From: the human T2T-CHM13v2.0 reference genome, Homo sapiens
Length of the DNA stretch: 64,000 nt
Strand: one strand, 5' to 3'
Assembly (NCBI RefSeq): GCF_009914755.1
Contig: NC_060926.1
Part shown: positions 41,775 through 52,150 of the stretch, piece after piece
Position numbering within the stretch: the stretch's first letter is position 1
Layout of the letters: the number at the start of each line of letters is the position of its first letter
Position numbers and translations under genes: made by a program
The notes under the pieces: model-generated
What the model was told of the DNA's origin: nothing
Database searches by the model: none
Seen by the model: only the letters and a program-made list of their open reading frames with translations

Positions 41775-42285
41775 TGTGATGGTTAATATTGAGTGTCAAC
41801 TTGACTGGATTGAAGGATGTAAAGTATTGTTCCTGGGTGTGTCTGTGAGGATGTTGCCAAAAGAGATTAACATTTGAGTCAGTGGACTGGGAAAGGCAGA
41901 CTCACCCTCAATCTGGAAGGGTACCATCCAGCTAATCAGCTGCCAGCACAGCCAGGATAAAAGCAGGAAGAGGAACATGAAAGAATTAGACTGGCTGAGT
42001 CTTCTGGCCTCCATCTTTCTCCCATGCTGGATGCTTCCTGCCCTCAAACATCAAACTCCAAATTCTTCAGCTTTTGGACTCTTGGACCTACATCATTGGT
42101 TTGCCAAGGGCTCTCAGGTCTTCAGCCACAGAATGAACGTTGCACTGTTGGCTTCCCTGCTTTTGAGGTTTTGGGACTCGGACTGGCTTCCTTGCTCCTC
42201 ATCTTGCAGAAGGCCTATTGAGGGAGTTCATCTTGTGATCATGTGAATCAATACTCCTTAATAAACTCATATATATATATATGTG

Positions 42286-42318
<33 letters not shown>

Positions 42319-42358
42319 CTATCCTATTAGTCCTGTCCATTTAGAGAACCCTAATACA
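41775..42358 (+). mobile_element. MLT2A1 (HERVL) LTR with internal (TA)n(CA)n
   Basis: TGTGATGGTTAATATTGAGTGTCAACTTGA...TATCCTATTAG...AGAGAACCCTAATACA. Confidence 0.92.
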
Positions 42359-42486
42359 ACAGGCATGATCATAGCATGCTACACAGCCTTGAACTTCTGG
42401 ACTCAAGTGATCCTCCCATGTCAGTCTCTTGAGTAGCTGAGACTACAGGCTCATGCCACCATGTCCAGCTCTAAGAGGTCATGTAC

Positions 42487-43020
42487 TTTTTTAAATTTTT
42501 TTTTCAACTTTTAATTTTTAATTCAGGGGTCACATGTAAAGGTTTGTTACTTGGGTATACTTTGTGATGCTGAGGTTTAGGGTATGATTGATCCTGTCAC
42601 TCAGGTAGTAAGCATAGTGCCCAGTAGATAATTTTTTCAACTCTTGCCCCATTCCCTCCCTCTCCCTCTAATAGTGCCCTGTGTCTACCGTTGTCATCTT
42701 TATGTCCATAGGTACCCAATGTTTAGCTTCCACTTATGAGTGGGAACATACGGTATTTGGTTCACTGTTGCTGCATTTATTCACTTAGGATAATGGCATC
42801 CAGCTGTATCAATGTTGCTGCAAAAAACATGATTTCATTCATTTTCATGGCTGTGTAGTAATCCATGATATATATGCACCAGATTTTCTTTACCAAAGAT
42901 ACTCTTGATGGGCACCTAGGTTGCTTCCCTGTCTTTGCAATTGTGAATACTGCTGTGATAAACATGCCAGTTCATATGTCTTTTTGGTAGAATAATTTAT
43001 TTTCTTTTGGATATATATCC
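42487..43020 (-). mobile_element. L1PA15/16-like 3' end, 5'-truncated
   Basis: TGTGATGCTGAGGTTTAGGGTATGATTGATCCTGTCAC; TACCCAATGTTTAGCTTCCACTTAT; L1 ORF2 C-terminal remnant MFITAVFTIAKTGKQPRCP. Confidence 0.9.
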
Positions 43021-43424
43021 TTTCCTAGCCCAGTTTTCTAAGTGTCAGCCAGCCCTGCACGATTACTTGAAGTTCTCAAAGTGGTGCAAGCTTCTTGCTT
43101 TAGAGCATCTATACAGTTGTTGCTCCTGGCTGATTCCTGTTGTCCCTTTTATAACTAAATAGGCTACTTACCTTTTGTTCTTTAAGACCCTCTTCACGTA
43201 TCACCTCCTCCTCCAGGGCTCTCTTCATCTCTGAAGGCTTTTTAGGAGCCTCCCTTCATTTTCTTTGAACATTAATGATACCACAGTCCTATCTCAATCT
43301 CTCACACCTGTCTACTCTCCCAAGTTTCTGTAAGAATCGACTAGTTCCTGTAATTGACAGCTATATGGTGTTACTATTAATTAGTCCCATTTGATTATAT
43401 CATTTCCTGACAGTCCCAAACACT

Positions 43425-43650
43425 CTTTGGACTGTGGATTTTCAACATTTGTATCAGACAGCTGGTCAGGTCTACCTGCTATTTTACCATTGCTTGCCTG
43501 TAATTTAATTTATCTTGGCCTCAATTCCTCCATCTGTAAAACAACAATGACTATTCTACTGGTTTATATGGTGACTAAGTAAGATAATGCATATACAAAA
43601 TACAGCTTAATTAATGCCTAATACTAGTAAGAGCTTAATTAATAGTTTCT
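43425..43650 (+). mobile_element. MIR SINE
   Basis: GCCTCAATTCCTCCATCTGTAAAA...GATAATGCATAT...TAGTAAGAGCTTAAT. Confidence 0.7.
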
Positions 43651-44334
43651 CTTCTTCCCCCTCCTTCAAATTATTATTATTATTATTATTATGCTAGGCA
43701 CTTAATAAATACTTGACACATTGAATTAATTAGCTGAGAGCTTTTTATATCTAGGAACCAAATTTCCACTTCTGCTCTCCAGCCAACTTGTGGAAGGTGA
43801 AAGGAAGATGGTCAGCATCAAAAGATTCCTCTTTCTAGCACGTGGCAGAGTATTCCACTTTTGCCTTGTAACTGCCATTGAAGGTGATATTTCACCTGAT
43901 AAAGTCAGTTATGAGATCTCCCATACAGAGTAATGAAAAAGCCTGTAACAGCTAGTGATCTGCCTCCCCTGCTGTTGCCTCCACCGAATAATTTTGCCAT
44001 AAAAAATAAAGGGGACATCTCCTTTTAGTGAATTATGACAAATTTTAACTGACTTATCCCTCTTGGAACTTAGGAGTGTCCTACTTTCTCCTCCAATGAC
44101 ACTCCCACTGAGCTGACATGTGACACATCCTGGGAATGCATTAGAACTAAAGAGAAAGTTAAGACTGTGACACATCCGTTGGCCCTTTTTTTTTTTTTGC
44201 TAAAGGAGGAACATCCCTCCTCCCTTGTCTCCTCAGTCCATAGCTCTCTGTTCTCAGGATCTTTTTAATTCTACTGGCCGGGAAGACATTTATAGGCAAA
44301 AGCCCCTGTAGAGCAACATATCCCCCTCTCTATC

Positions 44335-44450
44335 ATATATACTTCTCAAATACCTACTACATGCCAGACACTGTGGCTCTGGGGACACACTGATCAGCAA
44401 ACAAAGCCCCTGCCCTTATATGATTATAGTGGGGCATGACATAAAGCAAA
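44335..44450 (-). mobile_element. L2 3' fragment
   Basis: TACCTACTACATGCCAGACACTGT..GGGGACAC..CCCTGCCCT. Confidence 0.65.
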
Positions 44451-44629
44451 TGTGTTCCTAAAAAATTCCAAGTTGAACAAATGACATTCATACCATACTT
44501 TGCGTATGGTGCAAACCATATGTACCAATAATACATGACATCTAAGGCTGAATTTTAAAAATAAGTATTCTTGTTAGAGGCCAGTCATCCCTTAGCAACT
44601 GACTATTTCAGCTCTGGCTACAGGGAAGG

Positions 44630-44850
44630 TGATAATGAGTAACACATATTGAATACTTAATATGTACCAGATATTCTGCTATCTTTTTCAGGTATTTTTA
44701 CTTGATTATCACACATCTAAATTCCCCATGTGGTTATATGCTTATCGTTATACCCATTTTGTAGATGAGGAAACAGAGCAGTTAAACAATTTGCTCAGCC
44801 ATATTGTTAGTAAGTGGCCTTGAACCCTGGCAATAGAGCACACGTGCACA
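44630..44850 (-). mobile_element. MIR SINE
   Basis: CCCATTTTGTAGATGAGGAAACAGAG..GTTAAACAATTTGCTCA..TAGTAAGTGG. Confidence 0.8.
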
Positions 44851-47800
44851 GACAGAGAGATTATGACACATTGTCTCCAAAGGTGCTTCAGAAAATCCTA
44901 AGGAGGGAGTGAATGAGTGAGGATCATGAATGTGAAAATCAAATCTACCCACGCAACAAAGGACCACTAAATTGCCAAAATGCTCAAGAGCATGATTTAC
45001 TGTATTCTTCATTTCTGTGTAAATAATGAAAATAAATCTCTCGGCTCCCAAGCGGAGCACATCTGTAATAGTTCCTGCTGAAGATGTTAAAGATGTGTTT
45101 ATGGAATTTGCAGAATCACTTCCTTCAAAGTTCAATGGTCTATAAGTTGCTAGTGTTATTGTTGTTAAAAGAAACTGAACGCTTAGTACTTTCTGCTTCA
45201 ATCTCAGGTTGAGATTTGTAAGGAAAACCAGATATCAGACCAGCTCCTATGGAAACTACTCTGTCCAATCAAAAGATATCCTCTTTCCATGAAACTAACT
45301 TAACTACCTCACAGGATATTCGAAGCACAATACATAATGTGAAGGGGGAAAACCTTACTTTCCTTCTCCTGTTCTAGTACGCTTTACCAGATGCTCCTGT
45401 GGCCAAACCCTAATTGTTCACTTCAAAACAAAAACTACTTAAGCTTCTGGAATGTAACACATCTCTACCAGGTTAACCATTAAGAGACGGAGAGGCAGAG
45501 GCAGAGGGGAAACAGGAGCTCCTCTCAGACATCAGGAAGACAAATGCGAATTGTCCCTACAAAAGAAAAAAGATCACCACCTACGTGTTTCTCTATCTTC
45601 TCTCACTTTTCTCTGTTTCCTTGTCATCCCTCTTTCTGCCCAGGTAAAGTGGTGGTGGAGAAGGAGAGGAATTCCAGCTAAACAGTGCGTTGGTATGAAC
45701 CGTAGGCTAGTGAGCCATGTGCATGCTCCAGGGACAGGGAAACTGAAGAGAGTGCACTATAGGACACCAAATGCAGATATAATCAAGGCTTCTTTCTACA
45801 TGCCGCAACATAGTCAATTTGAAAATAAGCATATCCAGAATGGTAAAGCACTTGCGCAGTAATTCAGCCATGCTCCTTCTAAGTATGAAAATCTGAATAT
45901 CAAAGCACGGTAAGGAGGGAAGCAGGTGAAAAACAATAATAAAAACAGTGAGCCAGCATTTTTTGAAGCTATCAGAAGCTCAACAGAGCTGAATCTATTA
46001 TGGGATAAGAATGGAAAGATACAGGTGGAAGAATTGACATACAGCAGCAATATCTTAAATTAACTCCTTGCTATTGAACACATGAGAAACTATAGTGAAA
46101 AGTCTCAGTGACTGATTGGTTTTTATGCCTAGAAGAGAAAGCAAATTTTGAAAGTCCTGGCCCTTTGCATTTAGGTCCATAATTAGACAATTAGAGCTCA
46201 TGTACTACAACAAAGCTCTCAAACAATCATGAAACACAGCCACACTCATTTTAAAAGAAGATTCTTAAGAGTTAAAGAAGACCTTTTAAAAAATACATTG
46301 CTTTCACATTTCTTCCAAGTAGCATAGAAATCAGGGAGGAAGAGGAAAAGGAGGTTTTCTATCCATCAGAGGAACAGGAATGGATTTTGGCATGCTTGGC
46401 TAAGCATTCTCCCCATGATTTATGGTCTGAGGTGTCACTTACATGGATGGGATGGGGTGGGAGTGGAAAAACTGATAACATGATCTGATAAACACCTGTA
46501 TCAAAAGCACCTGAATTGCTTGCAAAAATGTGTATTTCTCACTGAATTCTGAAATACTGAATCTCAGCAGAAAACTCAAAGAATCTTCTAACAAGCTCCT
46601 CAGTGATTGGCAGGAGCTTTGAGAGAGGCAAGGGCTGAGTAGGTAGGTGGGGAGGTTTGAGGCTGTTGGGCAAAACAGGGTTGCATCCCTTTCCTTAGAC
46701 AACAAACAGGGCTGCAGGATTTAATAAAATTCCACAATACTTCCAGTGTTAACAATGGTGTATGCTGGGATTAATCCCACATGAAATAATCACAAAATGA
46801 TACCAGTTAGTATGATGCACTGCTATCCTACCTCAGCCGTGCAAATTTTAAGGACAGTCTTTTTTGGATAAGCTCCCACCAGTAGATAAACTCCACAAAG
46901 TCTGGCCACCAGGGAGGGTCAGTTACCAGGACTACATTGTTTCTCTAGTTCAGATGTGCAGAATATAAGGGCAGTGTGAAGTTCAGCATTACAAAAACAG
47001 AAAGCAATTTAGTAATTAGTGAAAGTATTACATGGACAAAACAATAGCTGGGAGATTTGTTTAAAGGAATAAACTAATAACTTTGTTCATACCAACCCAT
47101 TTCAAATATGGGAAAATAATTTTTAAACATTTAAATAAAACTAGAATTAACGAAATACCTTGGATACACTGGCTAGACAAAAGATTCCTGGTCCTGACTA
47201 ACTTGAGAATTTCGGCAAATAAGTCAGTTAATTACAAGGAGCCCCGTATGCTGAATGCAGTGGCCCAGGAAATTTGCTTAGGTCTTGCTTAGTCAAATTT
47301 GAGAGACAGCTCAACTACCATACCCATGGGGAAAATTGTGGACATTCTTGGAGTATATGCCTTAAATACCATAGTTGAAAATGCCTTAGGTTGTGCAGTG
47401 GTAGATGTTTTTTAATGTACTAATTTAATTGATTTATACAATAATATATCTTTATTATTGCACTTAGCACCTTATATTGCAATTAATAAGTTGTATATTT
47501 TCTCCCCCTTATTGTCTATAAGGTATAAATTTGACTACAATTGAATTCATTAATTTTAAAATCTAAAAATGCCCAGTATTTTGTGTGATATTATATATAT
47601 CTTTTGTAAATGCTTACCAAATCAATCCGTCCTTCTAGATTTTTATTTGGTGAAAGGAACTTGTATCAGACAGTGAACACTAATGTAGTGAATCCTAGAT
47701 TTCCGACAGTGTGCTAAGGGACTGAGGATGCAAATATGAATAGAAAACAGTTCCTGTCCTTGAGAAGGTCATAGTCAAGTTGACCTGGAAATCTCTGTAA

Positions 47801-48500
47801 GTATTATAATGCAATGGTAAATACATTTGCTAAACAATAGTTCTTTAAAGTACCTAATTTGCTGAATACATTCATATTTCCACATGTTGAGTTTGTTCAA
47901 ATTCACCTAGGCAATTTATGTTACCAATGCATTTTAATCCTGGGTTATATAGCTAATAAAAATAAGGACATTATTAATTATTTTTTAAATTACATTTTAA
48001 TATTTAAGTAATCCTAATTAAGGGCATTAAACATGTAATTAATGTTTGTTTCATTATAAACTTGTCTAAGCATATAGCTGTACGCTAAAAACAAATACAA
48101 ATTCAGATTTACCACTGTGAATGCTAAACTTTATCAAATAGTACAACTCTGGCCGATAATTTATCATATTCTGCATTTGTTGATATAAAGACAAACTGCA
48201 AAAACACTAAGTGTATTTCTAATTATAAATAGGATTTCTACTCAGGCCTAGGGACAGTGAGTTTTTATAAATGTGCAACCAACCCCTTTTCCCATGAGTC
48301 TGACTGCAGTTCTTTCTCCATGGCTGATACCAAGGAAGAAATGTTGAGACTACTCTTTGGGATTCTCTGCAGTGTATTTGCTAACCATGTGGAAGAAGTA
48401 TGTGGGATATTTTAATGAAAAGGGCAGTAAAGTTAGGGATAAAGAGACACACCTTGGTCAAACCAGGTAATAACTAATATGACTTTAGAAAAGAAAGCAA

Positions 48501-48750
48501 CTTGCTCTATTGTGCAGGCTGGAGCGCAGTGGCATGATCACGACTCACTGGAGCCTCCATCACCTGAGCTCTAGCCATCTTTAAACCTCAACCTCCTGAG
48601 TAGCTAGGACTACAGGTGTGCACCCTGATGATTTTTTTTTTTTTAATTTTAGTAGAGATGAGGTCTCACTATGTTGCAGAGGCTGGTCCCGAACTCCTGA
48701 GCTCAAGTGATCTGCCCATGTCGGCCTCCCAAAGCGCTGGGATTATAGGC
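48501..48750 (-). mobile_element. AluJ lacking both ends, inside a MIR3-like remnant
   Basis: CTTGCTCTATTGTGCAGGCTGGAG...CTCCTGAGCTCAAGTGATC...GGATTATAGGC; no poly(T). Confidence 0.88.
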
Positions 48751-49060
48751 TAATTAGGGTTTCTATTTCTTTTCTTACAAAAGGAAAACATTTGACTAGG
48801 AAGTCTCTCAAGTCATTTCTTGCTTTAAGTCTATGATTCAGTGGTCAGCAGTAATCTCAGAGAAGATGCTATGTGGAAGGGATAGCTGGTTGCAGCTGGG
48901 TCACCGAAAATCACCACGAAGTTCATACCCTTAGTAAAATTATTTTACATATTGATAGCTCACAACTCCCTCAACCTCACACTCTACATCCACTCCCCCC
49001 ATCAATTTCCATACATGCTTTTGGGTTATGGAGTATCAGCAGGCAGTGACAACCACCACG

Positions 49061-49113
49061 AACAACAACAACAACAACAACACACACACACACACACACA
49101 TACACACACACAC
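49061..49113. repeat. Compound (AAC)n(CA)n microsatellite
   Basis: Read directly from the sequence. Confidence 0.93.
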
Positions 49114-49778
49114 TCTGAACTTGAAAACGAAAACTTCTTGGGATTTTCAGGGCATGGTCTCAGCTACCCAGCTTCCTGGGAAATAAAGAAAGTAGCAAGT
49201 GTTAACACCTCATTTTTACCTATCAACAGTTACAGAAAAACATGTAAATTGTTCCTTATACATCAATGTATGAGTTTTTGACAATGCTGGGGGATAAAGC
49301 TATTATTTCTGGGTTCTGCTTAAGACACGCTCCTTTGTCCTCCCTACCACTCAGATATCTATAGTTCATACAGTACCAAAAACACCTCTTTCCACCTAGA
49401 GGGCTCTTAAAACCTGCAGTTAAGCAAGAGCAAGCCAAAACAAGTCTATAGCATCACAGATGGGTTATCCAACTCAATCACAGACATTCCCCTAATCTCC
49501 AGCAAAGAAACCTGCTGTCTCTCTAATGCACTAACATCATTTCCCTAGGGCAAGGTCTGATTTCTCTGAGTATATTATTCATAGAAATATTATACATTTT
49601 GATAAATGTAAATAGAGGATAAACTCAGTCAAAAACAATTCACAGGTTAGAGGAGGTTTAAAAGAGATGGGAGCGAGAAATCACTTTTTCCTGTATTTGT
49701 TTTCCCAAGGTTTCTCACCCCTCTGCAGAATGAGATTCTAGGTTTAGAGACATTAGGAAACCAGTAACCACGGGACCC

Positions 49779-49791
49779 GTTGCCTGGAAAC
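49779..49791. promoter_or_regulatory. Candidate RFX X-box
   Basis: GTTGCCTGGAAAC within the near-palindrome CCGTTGCC-T-GGAAACGG. Confidence 0.45.
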
Positions 49792-51094
49792 GGCCTGATT
49801 ACAACGAACTCACTAGGCTACAAGGAAATTCTACCTGATCCTTTAGGACCATTTGCCAAGCCTCATTATGATGATAAAGAAAATTTATACTTTCATAAAG
49901 CCTTCAAAAATTATTGCCATGAGGTTCTGAAAAATCTGAGCATCTGCTTTGGGGAAGAAATGGGAAATTAACATGACCATCTAGTGTCAAAAACTGACAG
50001 CCTAGACAAAATAAAGAAAAATTCGTTCAGCATCAGGCGTAGAATTCAGAAATCAAAAATCCAAATTCAATGCTGAACAAATAATGTTTGGGAATTGTAC
50101 TGTCTGCCATGGGGGTGAGAAGCCAAGGCAGCCGGAAAATCACTAATAAGGGGCATTTGTATTCTGCAGCAGTAGAACTTCACTTGTGCTTCCCTGTACA
50201 TCTAAGAAGAACTTTCAATCCAATGCTGCCATTAACAGCTGCTTTGAAACATACGCCATTTGGTTTTGTTGCCCTTGACAGGTGAACAAGATTTGTCAGG
50301 GAAATAACATTATAATAATATTGCAGAAGTTTAACAAATTCTAAGAATGTCTATAAATGTTTAAGACAATTAGTAATCACTCTGAGAAAACAGAGTCTAT
50401 TTTACACTTTAGTGAAAGAAATTTTTATAGCTAAATGACTGTAGGTATATATATTTGTGTGTATATTTGTACACGTACATAATTTTATATTTTATATATA
50501 TATATATGATAGATGATAGATAGATTTTTTCCCCTTTCAAGAACAACAGGAGTTACCAAATGCATCAGTGAATTCTGGCTCCATTAAAAGTTTTCGTTGT
50601 TGTTGTTAATGATCTACTTACAGTTACATTGGACTAAGGTGCGTCTCACAGGGAGCTCAAATGTGACTTTGGACCCATCTTAATATGGACTTTGCCATTA
50701 ATTAGGTCTATGATTAATTTTTAGATCATTTATCATAATTTGCTGGAGCATAAAATGCAAATTTCAGTGAAATCTAACCATAATTGCTTACAATTAAATT
50801 TTTTATATCTATTGTAGGAAATAAATTCAGCATATTCTTTTAAATTTTTTATTACTATTTTTCAAACACTTTTTTGAGGCATGATTCATGAGTCCATTCT
50901 TCATAGATAAATGCTCAACATTCCAGGGCCACAGGGATTAATAGAGACTGGTAGAGAGAGAGTAAAGTAATTAGCTTAAATTTTGCCATAGATGCTATGG
51001 GAAGCAAGCCATTTTCACTTTAAAGGGACTATTTTTCCATACTTCAGATATTCAATACATATCCACAGTACTCTCAAATATGATTCCAGGGTAA

Positions 51095-51212
51095 AATGTA
51101 AGGCCTCTAAGCCCTAGGTTTCAAGGAATGTATCTTAATTACGTTTGAACCCTCAGTACTTATTTCAGGCCTAGCACACAGTGGATACTCCCAAATCTCT
51201 GCTGAACTGAAC
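51095..51212 (+). mobile_element. L2 3' end
   Basis: TGTATCTTAATTACGTTTG..GCCTAGCACACAGTGGATACTC..TGCTGAACTGAA. Confidence 0.6.
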
Positions 51213-51957
51213 CAGGCCATAGTATCATCAGAGGAAGTGATATTCTACTTTAGAGCTAACTGAGACAGACAGGGAAATAAAAAACGGACTGCAGATTGTA
51301 CTGAAGAGAGTGCCTGGAAGGATGATGGTCATAGATTACATGGAGAAACAACTAATGTCAGAACAAGAAATCTTATGATCATCATTTGACCTCTACCACC
51401 CATTCCCCATGCCAGTCACTCTATATATTACCGTCAGGATTATTCTCCCAAAACGCAAAATCATAACACTATTCAACTGCTTGAGAACTTACAATAAAAA
51501 AAAATAAATTATTCATTGCAATTATCTTTGTCTTCAAGCAACTTAACAATTTGGTTGCCTAGATAGAAATAACACATGATACTTTTTATAAAATAGGAAT
51601 TGAGAGAAAAGTCAGGACAGTGTGAGCTAAACTGTCAGTAGAAGCTGCCTAATGAAGGAGGGACTGGAACCAGGTCTATTTATTTGAAAGAATAAATAGT
51701 AGAGGAGGACCATTCCAGGACAGGTAAGAAACAAGCAAAAACACAGAGGTGAGAATTTGAATAGTACATTAGAATAGATACAAAGATACATTTGGAGATG
51801 GGTTGCGGGTAAGAATACCAGTTTTGGCTGGAATCTTGGAAGTCTGAGGCATTTTCCGTGAAGGAAGTATTTAAAAGGATGCTACGAGTTTCCAGGAATA
51901 TTCATGAAGTGCTACTGGTGAAATAGATAGCATTTGTGATGAACCTAGGGACACACT

Positions 51958-52150
51958 GATTCATTCATTTGGTAAGTGTTTTTGGAACACCTGCTATGTC
52001 CTAACCACTAGAGATAAAGCAGTAGACAGAATTCCTGCCCTAATAAAACTTATCAGGGGTGAGAGTACACAAATGATAACAAAACAGATAAGTTAGTATA
52101 TAATAAAAGGTCAAGTGCCATAGCAGGTAAGGGTCTAAAGAATGGGAGAA
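51958..52150 (-). mobile_element. L2 3' end
   Basis: ATTCATTCATT..GAACACCTGCTATGTCC..TCCTGCCCT. Confidence 0.7.

Larger units (their letters stand above)
41324..42470 (-). mobile_element. FAM (fossil Alu monomer), split into 41324-41407 and 42359-42470
   Basis: FAM-diagnostic AGTGCAGTGGCTATTCACAGG continues as CATGATCATAGC...CCTTGAACTTCTGGACTCAAGTGATCC. Confidence 0.85.

Noticed and set aside
44782-45201. Longest ORF (139 aa, minus strand)
   Set aside because: Non-ATG start, 3' end runs into a MIR, no recognisable domain; this length is expected by chance in 64 kb.
46445-46466. G-rich stretch as a G-quadruplex
   Set aside because: Only three tracts of three or more G.
46903-46920. CTCF-like TGGCCACCAGGGAGGGTC (and a similar site near 49391)
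   Set aside because: Mismatches at high-information core positions.
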